DNA from: a bacterium
Lineage (GTDB): Bacteria > Patescibacteriota > UBA1384 > CAILIB01
Reading direction: 5' to 3'
Assembly: GCA_037131105.1 (NCBI GenBank)
Contig: JBAXRQ010000001.1
Span: 130,039-194,038 of the forward strand
Length of the DNA: 64,000 nucleotides
Shown here: positions 10,422-22,434 of the stretch, piece by piece
Position numbering within the stretch: position 1 is the stretch's first letter
How the letters are laid out: every line of letters begins with the position of its first letter
Program-made: the position numbers and the translations under genes
Notes under the pieces: generated by a model
Seen by the model: the letters and a program-made list of their open reading frames with translations, nothing else
What the model was told of the DNA's origin: nothing
Database searches by the model: none

Positions 10422-12476
10422 CTAGGCTTTGGGTTCTTCCTTCTTCTCTTCCGTGGCCGGTGTCTCGGCAGCGGGTTCCGCCGGTTTGGCGGCTTCTTCA
10501 GCAGGCTTTTTGACGGGAGCTTCCTCTGTGGGGGTCGGCTCGGCAGCGGGCTCCGGAGCCGGCTCAGGTTTGACTTCTACAGCAGGTGGCTCTTCCTTTT
10601 TCTCCTCTACTGGTTCTGCTGGTTTCGACTCTTCAGTCGGAGGGGGCTCTGTTTTGGCGTCCTCAGGCTTTGTCTCGGCAGCCGGCTCTTCTTTCTTCTC
10701 TTCTGCGACAGGCGCCTCTGCGACTGGCTCGGCAGGCTTGGTCTCCTCCTTCTTTTCCTCGGCGGGCGCCTCCCCTTCCTTAGGTGCTTCTGTCTTGGCG
10801 TCCTCAGGCTTTGTCTCACCTTCGGCCGGCTTCTTTTCGCCTTCTGCGGGGGCTGCTCCTGGCTGGCTGGGGTCGGGGACTATGGGCATTGGCTTCTCCT
10901 CGGCCGGCTTCTCACCGATCAGCCATTTGGCACCTATCACGGGGGACTGGGCCACGTAGTCCTGGACAATCTTCATGATCAGGGGTTCCAGCACCGCAAT
11001 GTCCTTCTCGACCGGGGCCTTTTCCTTGAACTCAGGGTAAGAGCCCTTGCGGTAGAACTCGACGAGCTCGACCTTGATCTTGCGTACGTCCACCACTTCG
11101 ATGTTGTCAGCTTTGCCGGCGGTGATGATGTAGAGAAGTAATATCTTTTCGTCATTACTCATATTGAACCGGTAGTCCTGGGCCAGGGTCTCCAGGATGC
11201 GCTTGCCACGCTTGATCTCACGCTCGGTGTCCTCACTGATTTCAGTGTTTAGGGTCTCGAAGGACTTCACTTCCTGGTAGCGGGCCATTTGTGTGGAAGC
11301 CAGCTCGCCGACTTTTCGTAGGCAGGGGGGTTGTACGCTACCACCGATACGTGACACCGAGGCCCCAGAGTTTACGGCCGGGAAGATGCCTTCATGCATC
11401 AGATTCAGGTCAAGGTAGATATGGCCGTCGGTGATCGACATCAGGTTGGTGACGATGTACTCAGAGAGGTCGCCGTTCTGGGTCTCAGCCATGGGGAAGC
11501 CGGTAAGCGAGCCTCCCTTAAGATCTTCAGATAGTCGGGCAGTACGCTCCAACAGTCGGGAGTGCAGGTAGAAGATGTCGCCGGGATAGGCGTCGCGGCC
11601 AGGGGAGCGCTTCAGGAGCAGTGACATCTGGCGGTAGGCCTTGGCATGCTTGGAAAGGTCGTCGTAGATGATCAGGGCGTCCTGGCCCCCGTACATGAAG
11701 TACTCGCCGATGGCGCAGCCTGCATAGGGCGCGATGTAGTTCAGGGAAGGTGGATCGTCCGAGCTGCCAACTACCATGCAGGTGTATTCCATGGCGCCAC
11801 CGGCACGGAGCAGCTCCTCCAGCTCGCGGACCTTGGCCTTCTGGGCGCCGACTGCGACGTAGATACAGGTGATACCGCGGCCTTTCTGGTTCAGGATAAG
11901 GCTGGCAATGAGGCGGGTCTTGCCTGACTTTCTATCTCCGATGATTAGCTCGCGCTGTCCTTTGCCTATGGGAATGGTGGCGTCCACTACCAATATGCCG
12001 GTCTCAAGCTGGTTTACCACCGGTTGGCGTTTGGCGACTCCAGGAGCTAACCGTTCTACTTGCTGATAGGTCGAACTACGGATGGCACCGCGGCCGTCGA
12101 TGGGGATACCCATAGGGTTCACTACCCGTCCGAGCAGCTGCTCGCCGGACTGGATCCTCAGTACTGATCCGGTGGACCTCACCACGTTTCCCTGGCGGAT
12201 TTTTAAGTATTCTCCTAATACCACTGCCTCGATAAGGGTGGTGCTAATACCGAGAATAAGGGCTTGGGTGATACTTTCGCCAGTATCGATGTCCACCACT
12301 TCCTCGATACGGGCCGAGGGTAGTCCCTTGATCTTTACCACTCCGTCACCGACGTAGACCACCTCGCCGATCTCGGTGACCACCGGCTTCATGCGGGTGT
12401 CCGGCAACGACTCGGCCAACTGTTGGGCGAGCTGCTTGACGGTGGAAGATTCGGGCGGAGTCTGGGTCTTTGGCAT
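10422..12476 (-). CDS. atpA: F1 ATPase alpha subunit with long Pro/Glu/Lys/Ala-rich C-terminal tail
   Basis: VGDGV, PIGKGQRELIIGDRKSGKT, YDDLSKHA, PGRDAYPGDIFYLHSRLLER, SVSRIGG; probable start MPKTQ at 12476. Confidence 0.96.
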   Translation of the reverse strand: MPKTQTPPESSTVKQLAQQLAESLPDTRMKPVVTEIGEVVYVGDGVVKIKGLPSARIEEVVDIDTGESITQALILGISTTLIEAVVLGEYLKIRQGNVVRSTGSVLRIQSGEQLLGRVVNPMGIPIDGRGAIRSSTYQQVERLAPGVAKRQPVVNQLETGILVVDATIPIGKGQRELIIGDRKSGKTRLIASLILNQKGRGITCIYVAVGAQKAKVRELEELLRAGGAMEYTCMVVGSSDDPPSLNYIAPYAGCAIGEYFMYGGQDALIIYDDLSKHAKAYRQMSLLLKRSPGRDAYPGDIFYLHSRLLERTARLSEDLKGGSLTGFPMAETQNGDLSEYIVTNLMSITDGHIYLDLNLMHEGIFPAVNSGASVSRIGGSVQPPCLRKVGELASTQMARYQEVKSFETLNTEISEDTEREIKRGKRILETLAQDYRFNMSNDEKILLLYIITAGKADNIEVVDVRKIKVELVEFYRKGSYPEFKEKAPVEKDIAVLEPLIMKIVQDYVAQSPVIGAKWLIGEKPAEEKPMPIVPDPSQPGAAPAEGEKKPAEGETKPEDAKTEAPKEGEAPAEEKKEETKPAEPVAEAPVAEEKKEEPAAETKPEDAKTEPPPTEESKPAEPVEEKKEEPPAVEVKPEPAPEPAAEPTPTEEAPVKKPAEEAAKPAEPAAETPATEEKKEEPKA

Positions 12477-12481
12477 GAAGG

Positions 12482-13027
12482 CTATTGTTTGGACATTTGC
12501 TTCCAATCGGAGCGGAACTGGGTGAAGCGAGTGCGCAGGCTGTAGTCGGTGATGTAGTTTCCGTAGCGGACGATGACACCGCCGATAAGAGTAGGGTCGA
12601 CGGTCACTTCAAGGGCCACAGGACGGCCCAGCTGGGTGGAGAGGGTGGAGACCATTTGGTGTAGGTCCTTATCCTTGAACTCTATGGCCACAGTGATCTT
12701 AATAACTCTGATGGCCTCGGCCCGTCGCTGCATGGCGTGGAGAAAGTCTGGAAAATGCTTGCTGTCGAAGAACTCCAGGTCACCGGAATCAAGGATTTCC
12801 AGCAGCTTCATACGTAGTTCCTCTGACTGCACCTGCTCCATTACCTTTTTGACGTACCCTACCTTTTCCCTGAGCGTCTTAGGGGTCTGCTCCAGCATCA
12901 GTTCCATCTCACCCTGGTTGACAGTCTCAAGCAGGGAAACTAGGGACAGGTGAAGCTTGTCTATCTGGTCTGCCAAATAGAACTTCTGCAATACTTGGTT
13001 GGCGGCCAGACTGTAATCGAGGCTCAT
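12482..13027 (-). CDS. atpH: F1 ATPase delta subunit
   Basis: C-terminal VDPTLIGGVIVRYG...DYSLRTRF motif; position between atpF and atpA. Confidence 0.85.
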   Translation of the reverse strand: MSLDYSLAANQVLQKFYLADQIDKLHLSLVSLLETVNQGEMELMLEQTPKTLREKVGYVKKVMEQVQSEELRMKLLEILDSGDLEFFDSKHFPDFLHAMQRRAEAIRVIKITVAIEFKDKDLHQMVSTLSTQLGRPVALEVTVDPTLIGGVIVRYGNYITDYSLRTRFTQFRSDWKQMSKQ

Positions 13028-13566
13028 GCCGGGTTCTTAGTGTCGTCACTTTCAGCCTTCAATTCCTTGAGCGCTTCCATAACCAGGGTCTTTTGTCCGG
13101 CGTAGCCGATGCCGCTCGGTAATACCTTCTTAGCTACCGAAAGAACTAGGTTCATAAGGTCGTCTTCTACTTCGCGCTGGCGGGACTTCATATATTCCTC
13201 TGCCTTGGCCTTGGCTTCCTCCTCAAACTTCTTGGACTTGGTCTTGGCGGCGGCAAGTGCCTTCTTGCTCTGCTCGGTAAGTGCAGCGATCTTGTCCTCG
13301 TATTCCTTCCTGATGTCGGCGATCTCTTTGTCGGAGTCGGTATCGGCTGCCTTGACCTGTTTCTCGACCTCTTTCAGTTTGGCCTCACTCTCCTCGGTGA
13401 GCTTTTTAAGAGTCTCCTCGTGGGCAGTTTTAAGAGCGGCTACCTCGGCAGCAGCCTTCTTTTCTGCCTTGTGCCTTCGGGACGTAAACAAGAGCTCAAC
13501 CAGGGAGATGAGAAAGACCGAGAGAGTGATGCTGGCGCCGATGGCGAAGAGGAACAGCTCGCGCAT
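13024..13566 (-). CDS. atpF: Fo subunit b-like peripheral stalk protein
   Basis: Single N-terminal TM, long A/E/K coiled coil, LVLSVAKKVL C-terminal motif; operon position. Confidence 0.75.
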   Translation of the reverse strand: MRELFLFAIGASITLSVFLISLVELLFTSRRHKAEKKAAAEVAALKTAHEETLKKLTEESEAKLKEVEKQVKAADTDSDKEIADIRKEYEDKIAALTEQSKKALAAAKTKSKKFEEEAKAKAEEYMKSRQREVEDDLMNLVLSVAKKVLPSGIGYAGQKTLVMEALKELKAESDDTKNPA

Positions 13567-13578
13567 AGAAGTGGTGGG

Positions 13579-15684
<2,106 letters not shown>

Positions 15685-15694
15685 CTAGGGTATG

Positions 15695-15724
15695 AAAAAA
15701 GTGACCGATTGCTCGGTCACTTTT
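15695..15724 (-). terminator. Rho-independent terminator after the ABC permease
   Basis: AAAAGTGACCGA-GCAA-TCGGTCACTTTTTT on the minus strand. Confidence 0.85.
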
Positions 15725-15738
15725 CCTTCTGGTTCGAG

Positions 15739-17187
15739 TTATTCGTAGCGTAATGCCTCAACCGGGTTCATCCTAGCTGCGCGTACTGCTGGCCAGTAGC
15801 CTGCCAACATGCCGACGATGGTGGTAGTGGCAATGGTTACCATGATTAGCCATGGCTGTATGCCTAGCACGCTCAACGGGATTCCCTGTGAGGAGAGTTG
15901 GCTGCCGGCAAAGTGACTGACTGCTAAGGAGGCGGCATAGGCAATCGCACAGCCGAATAGTCCGCCCCAGAAGCCTAGTAGGGCGGCCTCAAAGGTGAAG
16001 AGACGTCGCACTGCGGCTCGGGTAGCTCCGCAGGCTCGCATGACGCCGATTTCGCGGGTGCGCTCTAAGGTGGCCATGATCATAGTATTGATCACGCCAA
16101 TGGCGGCTACGAAGAGGGAGATGCCGCCAATGGCTCCGAAGACGATGCTGATCATCTTGAAGATCTGCATGATCTGGTCAATCATTTCTTGAGCGGTAGC
16201 AGCCCCGAGCCCCATTTTCTTTACTGCCGCTGCGACGCCGGCCACATTTTCTACGCTATCTACCTTTAGTACGAGCGAAGAGTAGCCTTGCTGATCGAAC
16301 TGACTCATCGAAGTCAGCGTGTACTCAGGTGCGGGCTGTGAGCACTGTCCCATGGTCTTGCCGCAGTCGACCGGTGCTTGTTCCTTCTGTTGCCACTGCC
16401 ACTGGGTCATCAGCTTCTTGGCGTAGCTCAGGGGAATGAAGTCCTCACGGTCATAGACGCCTGCCGCCAGGACGCCGACCACCGTGATGGTCTGGTGACC
16501 TTGATGGTTCTTAATGGTGTTGTAATAGTCTTCATTGGCCTGCTTGCTATTGTTCTGACCGGGGTCCTGGGTAGGAGGAAGGGGAACATTCTTGTCATCA
16601 CCTACGTACCCTTGGGTGGTGAAGTTCAGGGTCTGGCCAACAGCGGCTGCAGCCTGGTCCTTGGCGTATCCCATCTTGATAAGGGTTTCCTGACTGATTA
16701 GGATGCTATTGTCGTCGTCCGGCGTAAGGTTTCTTCCGGCTACGATGGGACGTTCGGTCAGTGGGCTGGGCTGGTAAGCGATGGTATCGCTATTGGAGAG
16801 GTTGAGCTTTTTGCCGCTGGCGTCGGTGATGGAGGATTGCTTCATAACCCAAGCGCTGAGCTGGGCGTAGCCACCGCTAACGTGGGGGATGGCGTTTACC
16901 TTGGTCAGTATGGCATCGGTAAGCTTTGCGGTATCGCCACCACCACCAGAATTGCCGCTGAATACGCTGTCAGAGCTGATGTCGGTATTTCCACTGACGG
17001 CGACCTGGGTTAGGGCGCCAGCGCTTTCAATTTGGCTGATGGCAGCGTCTTTGGCACCGAAGATGATAGTAAGCATCAGAACTACGGATGTAGCCCCGAT
17101 CATGACTGCGATAATGGTCAGGATGGTCCGGGCCTTCTGACGCCAGATGTTTTTTAAGCCGAAGCGAATGTAGTCTATGAATTTCAT
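15739..17187 (-). CDS. MacB/FtsX-type ABC transporter permease
   Basis: RTILTIIAVMIG, GGISLFVAAIGVINTM....ERTREIGVMRACGA, PAVRAARMNPVEALRYE. Confidence 0.93.
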   Translation of the reverse strand: MKFIDYIRFGLKNIWRQKARTILTIIAVMIGATSVVLMLTIIFGAKDAAISQIESAGALTQVAVSGNTDISSDSVFSGNSGGGGDTAKLTDAILTKVNAIPHVSGGYAQLSAWVMKQSSITDASGKKLNLSNSDTIAYQPSPLTERPIVAGRNLTPDDDNSILISQETLIKMGYAKDQAAAAVGQTLNFTTQGYVGDDKNVPLPPTQDPGQNNSKQANEDYYNTIKNHQGHQTITVVGVLAAGVYDREDFIPLSYAKKLMTQWQWQQKEQAPVDCGKTMGQCSQPAPEYTLTSMSQFDQQGYSSLVLKVDSVENVAGVAAAVKKMGLGAATAQEMIDQIMQIFKMISIVFGAIGGISLFVAAIGVINTMIMATLERTREIGVMRACGATRAAVRRLFTFEAALLGFWGGLFGCAIAYAASLAVSHFAGSQLSSQGIPLSVLGIQPWLIMVTIATTTIVGMLAGYWPAVRAARMNPVEALRYE

Positions 17188-17888
17188 CGTGATTCTCTTA
17201 CTTTGCCGTCTTGGATGGAGATGACCCGGCTGGCCTGCTTGGCGATATTCGGGTCGTGGGTAATCACAATGAGGGTGATGCCCTGTTTGTTGAGTCCTTT
17301 GAGAAGCTGCATGATCTCATCCCCCTTTTGAGAGTCGAGGTTTCCGGTAGGCTCGTCGGCGATGATGATGCTGGTCTGGTTGGACAATGCCCGGGCGATA
17401 GCCACGCGTTGGCGCTGGCCTCCGGAAAGCTGGTTAGGATAATGTCTCAGCCGATCGGCCAGGCCCACTGCCTCTAGACACTCTTTGGCTCGTTGGGTGC
17501 GGGCCTTGCTACCGGTCTTGGCCAGGACCAGGGGAAGCATGACGTTTTCCAGGGCGTTGTAGCTGGCCTGCAGGTTGAAGGACTGGAAGACGAATCCGAT
17601 ATGTTTGTTCCGGTAGAAGGAGAGCTTCTTGTCGCCGACTTTGGAGAGGTCCTCACCGTCAATCTGAACAGTGCCCTCGTTGGGGGTGTCCAGGCCGCCG
17701 ATGATGTTGGCCAGGGTAGACTTACCCGAGCCAGAAGGTCCGACGATAGCCAGGAACTCACCGCTTTTGACCTCGAGATTCACTTTATCCAGGGCGTTCA
17801 CCACCTCGTCACCTAGTTTATAGGTGCGGCTAACGCCCTTTAACTCAATGATGGCTGTATCCATGGGAAGGCTACTAATTTGTACCAC
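17184..17888 (-). CDS. ABC transporter ATP-binding protein (LolD/MacB type)
   Basis: [33 protein letters not shown]. Confidence 0.95.
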   Translation of the reverse strand: MVQISSLPMDTAIIELKGVSRTYKLGDEVVNALDKVNLEVKSGEFLAIVGPSGSGKSTLANIIGGLDTPNEGTVQIDGEDLSKVGDKKLSFYRNKHIGFVFQSFNLQASYNALENVMLPLVLAKTGSKARTQRAKECLEAVGLADRLRHYPNQLSGGQRQRVAIARALSNQTSIIIADEPTGNLDSQKGDEIMQLLKGLNKQGITLIVITHDPNIAKQASRVISIQDGKVRESR

Positions 17889-17973
17889 CGTAGCACGCCA
17901 GCTCTACCACTCAGAATGCTCTAAGAAAACGTATGAGGCAGTTACTGGCTCTCATGAGTAGTTATCTACTTGA

Positions 17974-18351
17974 TCAGTTAAACTGGGACCTATGCGTGCA
18001 AAGGAAGACGAGGCAGCCTAATCCTATGGCAGCCAGAACAAGAATGGGGGTGTTGAGGAGGTTGCCGATGAGTCTGTCTGATCCGCCACTTAGAACAAAG
18101 AGTGCGGCGGCGAGGAGGGGGAGATTGAGAAGGCCGTAGAGGTAAAGCCCCCATCTTTTATTGGTGGCCAGACCATAGCCGGTTCCGATGAGGAATACTC
18201 CTCCCAGCAGATTGAGCAGGCTGTCCTGAGCCGCAAAGCTGTCTCCGTCAAGGAGGCTGCTTATGGTACTGAAGACAGCGAAGACGATTACAAGTATTCC
18301 GACCAGAAAAACCAAGCTGGCGATCAGTCCGGTAAACTTTTGTGGTGTCAT
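17974..18351 (-). CDS. Hypothetical 4-TM membrane protein
   Basis: Hydrophobic ORF in gene-dense context. Confidence 0.6.
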   Translation of the reverse strand: MTPQKFTGLIASLVFLVGILVIVFAVFSTISSLLDGDSFAAQDSLLNLLGGVFLIGTGYGLATNKRWGLYLYGLLNLPLLAAALFVLSGGSDRLIGNLLNTPILVLAAIGLGCLVFLCTHRSQFN

Positions 18352-18411
18352 GATTGGCGTGAAGCGAATAGAAGCTAAGTATAGTTGCCGCTACCGGGGC
18401 TGAGCAATGGC

Positions 18412-19551
18412 TTAGGAGTAGTTCTTGCCGGGATTGGTCATCAGAATATCGTGGGGATGACTTTCGGTGAGTGAGGCGGCGGTAATCTGGACGAAACGGG
18501 CGTTCGCTACAAGCGTTGGCAGGTCCTTGGCGCCTACGTAGTACATGCCTGAGCGGATGCCCCCGATGGCCTGGTCGATCTGCGACTTCAGACTCCCCTT
18601 GCAGGGGATGAGGCCTTCGACTCCCTCAGCCACTAGTACCGCATCGTTCTTATAGGTCTTACCGTGGAATTCACTTTCGGACTTGATGGCGGCCCCCTTT
18701 TCCATGGCGGCAATAGAGCCCATGCCCCGGTACTGCTTGAAAGCGTACTGTATGGTGTCAGGATCGATGATGCTCTGGAAGCGGCTGGGCACCTGATCTT
18801 TCTCCAACATGACCAGCTCACCGGGCGACTCGTCTACAGCGGCGAAGAACGAACCCATCATCAGGCTAGAAGCCCCGAGAGCCAAGGCTTTAGCCATGTC
18901 GCCGGAAAGTTTCAGGCCGCCGTCAGCAATGACCGGCACGTCACCGTGCTCCTTGGCGGCTCGGATAGTTTCTTGTAGGGCAGTGACCTGAGGTACTCCC
19001 ATGCCTGAGATGACCCTAGTGCTGCAGATGGAGCCGGGCCCCATGCCTACCCTCAGGGCGTCGGCCCCGGCCTCAAGCAGGGCGACAGCCGCTTCGTAGG
19101 TGGCGATACTCCCGGCGATGACCTGGAGCTTCGGGTGGTCCTTTTTGATCTTTTTAATGGTGTCGATGGTGAACTGGGTGTGCCCGTGGGCGCTGTCCAG
19201 CACAATGGCTTCGACGCCAGCAGCCAGCAGGGCTTCCAGACGGGGCTCGTAGCCAGGGCTGGATCCCACAGCGGCTGCGGCCAGGACTCCTGCCTTCTTT
19301 ACTGCTTTCACCTCGGCGGCCTGCTGGTCAACGGTGAGATTGCGGTGGATGACGCCGCCGCCACCCAGATGCCCCAGGGCGATGGCCATGCCGGACTCGG
19401 TCACCGTATCCATGGGGGAGGAGATGAAGGGGATTTCCAGGGAAATGTCCCGGGTCAGGCGGGTGGAGAGATCTATGTCGTCGCGCTGGAAATCAGTGTA
19501 GCCGGGGAGTAGGAGGATGTCGTCGAAGGTGAGGGCCTGGGGATAACTCAT
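18412..19551 (-). CDS. guaB: IMP dehydrogenase (CBS-less)
   Basis: [47 protein letters not shown]. Confidence 0.93.
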   Translation of the reverse strand: MSYPQALTFDDILLLPGYTDFQRDDIDLSTRLTRDISLEIPFISSPMDTVTESGMAIALGHLGGGGVIHRNLTVDQQAAEVKAVKKAGVLAAAAVGSSPGYEPRLEALLAAGVEAIVLDSAHGHTQFTIDTIKKIKKDHPKLQVIAGSIATYEAAVALLEAGADALRVGMGPGSICSTRVISGMGVPQVTALQETIRAAKEHGDVPVIADGGLKLSGDMAKALALGASSLMMGSFFAAVDESPGELVMLEKDQVPSRFQSIIDPDTIQYAFKQYRGMGSIAAMEKGAAIKSESEFHGKTYKNDAVLVAEGVEGLIPCKGSLKSQIDQAIGGIRSGMYYVGAKDLPTLVANARFVQITAASLTESHPHDILMTNPGKNYS

Positions 19552-19723
19552 GAGGCGGGTCTTAGACGGGTTTTGTCCAGATTGAACCCTGCTGAGACCT
19601 TTGTCAAATCCTAAGAGACACCAAGCAGGGGCAGCAGTCCGTCTAGGTTGTCTAAGATACTCTCAGCAGGCACAGGGTGTCGTCACCGTCGAAGAAGATG
19701 ATCTTCTTGATCAAGACCGAGCC

Positions 19724-21829
19724 TTACCGCTGTCCCATCCAGCCAAGCCACACATAAAGAGAGGCAATCGAGTTGCTGTTATCTAGCGCGAGAGAAGTAG
19801 AGAAGTTTTGCTGGGCAACCTTGGGGTCATGCATGGCCTGGGCCATGAGAAGGACATCCTGCCAGCCGCCATAGGGGGCACCGTTTAGTTCTTGGGTGAG
19901 CGCACCTAGATCCCTGCCGATGAGATTGTTCTTCTGTAGGTACAGTGAAGCGCCGTTCAAAGGGAGGTAGAGAATACCATGTTTGGCCTCAGGCATGGGA
20001 CTGAACCAGGTTTCGAAGCTTGCTTTCCCTGACCAGAGAAGGGAAACCGTCTGGTGATTATAACCGGCAGGAAACGGGTGGTGGGGATTGGCGTTAAAGT
20101 AATAGGTCTCGGCGGCTGTGCGCTCTTGGTTGTACAGATCTTTACCTAACTTCTCGAGATGGGGGTTGTGCGAGGTTTCCCCCCACAGTATAATCCCGTA
20201 CCAGGCGTTCATGGCTTCTGAAACAGATTCCTGGTTGTTTCCGTCTGAGAAAGATGTTAGTCCGTCTGCCCAGCTGTGTCCGGCGTACATATCAACGACA
20301 CGGAGATAGGGAAGTGAGCTGTCACCGTGACGATCATTGGCAATGTCGGCGGCAATAGCATTAACGGCGGGGGCATAGTCTTTGGTAAATTGGCTGTCAT
20401 AGCGTCCTAATATGGCGCTGGCATACAGAAAATATCCGTAATGGAATTGGTGGTCATTGAAGTTTTCGCTGCCAAATTCCGGTGTAACGGCGACGAGTCC
20501 TTTGATAGTCGGATCGTAATAAAAATAAGTGGTACTTTCTCCTGGGGAGTAGGTTAGCCAGTTGGTCAACTGGTGAGAAAGGGCCTGTTTGTAGGCTTCA
20601 GCGGTCGGGCTCTGGGCTTTTTCGGCAATATCTAGGAGAGTTGCCAAACGGTACAGCTCCTTAGCACCGTTATAGGAGGTACTAGCTGGCGTGGTGTCGT
20701 TGGTGAGGCCTTCCTGGAGGAACTGTTCTAAGGTGATGCGATTAAAGAATCCGTCCGTCCTGGGTAGAGGAGTTGATGTTACTAAGTCCTCGTCCGAATA
20801 GGTGAGGCTAAGGTCATTTCCCTCAAGTAGACGGGCAGTACCAAGTAGAGTGGTGTATGTGCCGAGCGAAGGCCGGGCCAAGGTGTCCGCGGTTTGCTGG
20901 TGAGGAAGAAGAAGGAACAGAGTGGGCTTGGAGTCGGAAGTCCCCCAACCAAGGTGGACGGTAGAGGCGGTTCCACTTTGGAATCCAGCCTGGGTGCTGG
21001 TGATAGGTGAAGCGGCTGTGCGGTCAATGGTCTCCTGAAGGTTGGGGGCCGGAGTACCGTTGGGAAAAGCTGCCACGGTAAGCTTGCTGCCCGACGTGAG
21101 GGTCAATCGATTCTTGACGAGGGTGGTGCTCACGCTGGGACTATAGATGGCGTAGGTCTGGTCACGGATAGTGAAAGTGGTAGCGGTGCGCCCATCGGAA
21201 AGCCTCCGCTGGGTGGCGGTATCTGTGGGCAACAAGACTGTGGCCTGGCTATAGAGAGTGAAATATTCGAAAGGGCTGCCCTCAACCAAATGGGAGTCGG
21301 CAATGCTTTGACCGCTGGTAGTAAGCGCAGTAATTGTGACTGAAAGATCGTCATAAGCGGTCACCTCACTCTTGGCCAGGGCAGTATCGGGAAAAGTAAT
21401 CTGGATATCTGGCTGCAAGGGCGTGACAATGCTGTCGGCACTTATCTGGACAAGGGGTACGCCTGTCTTTATGCCATCTTTTGAAAGGTTGTAGGTAAAA
21501 GGAGTACTGAAAAGAGTCTGTGGCCAGGTTCCAGTTAGTGCGCTTACCCACCACGTATTTGTGGGTACGGGCTTACGGGCTAGTTCTGGAGAGAGGTTTA
21601 AGGGTCCGATTTTGGTTGAAGGTGCTCCGTCGAAGCGGATGCTGGCCTTACTTCCGGCGAAGGTGTCAGCACTCAGTACTGGTTGTAGCACCTCCGTGCG
21701 GTGGCTTCGCACCCAAAAGAAGGCACCAGTGCCAACGGCACAGATGAGTATGAGGCCGATCCAGGCGCCTGCGCGCTGCAGTTTTACAGGAGGTGTAGCT
21801 GCTGGAGGAAGGGGGAGAAGGTCTCCCAT
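19724..21829 (-). CDS. Membrane-anchored GH81 endo-1,3-beta-glucanase
   Basis: PTNTWW, FNDHQFHYGYF, GHSWA.G, GNNQESVSEA catalytic region; N-terminal TM. Confidence 0.9.
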   Translation of the reverse strand: MGDLLPLPPAATPPVKLQRAGAWIGLILICAVGTGAFFWVRSHRTEVLQPVLSADTFAGSKASIRFDGAPSTKIGPLNLSPELARKPVPTNTWWVSALTGTWPQTLFSTPFTYNLSKDGIKTGVPLVQISADSIVTPLQPDIQITFPDTALAKSEVTAYDDLSVTITALTTSGQSIADSHLVEGSPFEYFTLYSQATVLLPTDTATQRRLSDGRTATTFTIRDQTYAIYSPSVSTTLVKNRLTLTSGSKLTVAAFPNGTPAPNLQETIDRTAASPITSTQAGFQSGTASTVHLGWGTSDSKPTLFLLLPHQQTADTLARPSLGTYTTLLGTARLLEGNDLSLTYSDEDLVTSTPLPRTDGFFNRITLEQFLQEGLTNDTTPASTSYNGAKELYRLATLLDIAEKAQSPTAEAYKQALSHQLTNWLTYSPGESTTYFYYDPTIKGLVAVTPEFGSENFNDHQFHYGYFLYASAILGRYDSQFTKDYAPAVNAIAADIANDRHGDSSLPYLRVVDMYAGHSWADGLTSFSDGNNQESVSEAMNAWYGIILWGETSHNPHLEKLGKDLYNQERTAAETYYFNANPHHPFPAGYNHQTVSLLWSGKASFETWFSPMPEAKHGILYLPLNGASLYLQKNNLIGRDLGALTQELNGAPYGGWQDVLLMAQAMHDPKVAQQNFSTSLALDNSNSIASLYVWLGWMGQR

Positions 21830-22434
21830 GCGGGGTTGCTAATGAATAGTGATACGCTGGCTGGCATGCCGGGAATGAGCCGGTCGCGTTCAGGGCTGTC
21901 CTCAATGCTTACGTAGACACTTACGACTCCGTTGACGCTGTCGTATTGGGGGAAGATGGTGGAAATACTGCCTTTGAAGGTGGTATTGGCTACGCTAATG
22001 CTAACTGGCATGCCGATCTGCAACTTGAGGAGATCCTCCGGGCTGATCACGAGGTTAGCCTTAACGAAGATGTTCTGGTTATCAATGATCTCAGCGAGCT
22101 CGCTTTGAGGCTTGGTGAAACCGTTCTTGCTCACGGTGATGCTTTGGATAATGCCAGCTTGATTGGCGGTGTCAGTTTCTATGCTACCCTTGCCGTCATC
22201 AACCTTGGCAATGACTGTATCGGGTTGAACGACCTGGCCGATGTGTACGGGAATCTCTTTCACAATACCACCGGCGGTGGTGCCGACTGGAATAATATTT
22301 GCGGATACCTCTGCCTTGGTGGAAGTAATGAATGAGCGCTTCTGCAGCTTCTGACTGGCGGCATAGGCGGTCACTCCGCTCAAGGCAGCTAGAAAGACAA
22401 CGATGATGATAAATGTCTTAAACAGTTGTTTCAT
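21784..22434 (-). CDS. HlyD/biotinyl-lipoyl-like membrane fusion protein
   Basis: N-terminal TM; G.V..I.V..GQ.V lipoyl half-motifs; L.PGM C-terminal motif. Confidence 0.75.
   Translation of the reverse strand: MKQLFKTFIIIVVFLAALSGVTAYAASQKLQKRSFITSTKAEVSANIIPVGTTAGGIVKEIPVHIGQVVQPDTVIAKVDDGKGSIETDTANQAGIIQSITVSKNGFTKPQSELAEIIDNQNIFVKANLVISPEDLLKLQIGMPVSISVANTTFKGSISTIFPQYDSVNGVVSVYVSIEDSPERDRLIPGMPASVSLFISNPAWETFSPFLQQLHLL

Noticed and set aside
10257-11141. 294-aa plus-strand ORF and other overlapping ORFs
   Set aside because: Antisense to the low-complexity atpA tail; no independent signals.
15739-17888. MacB-type ABC transporter as part of the rotary ATPase system
   Set aside because: Separated by a strong terminator and a common stand-alone module; adjacency is the only link.
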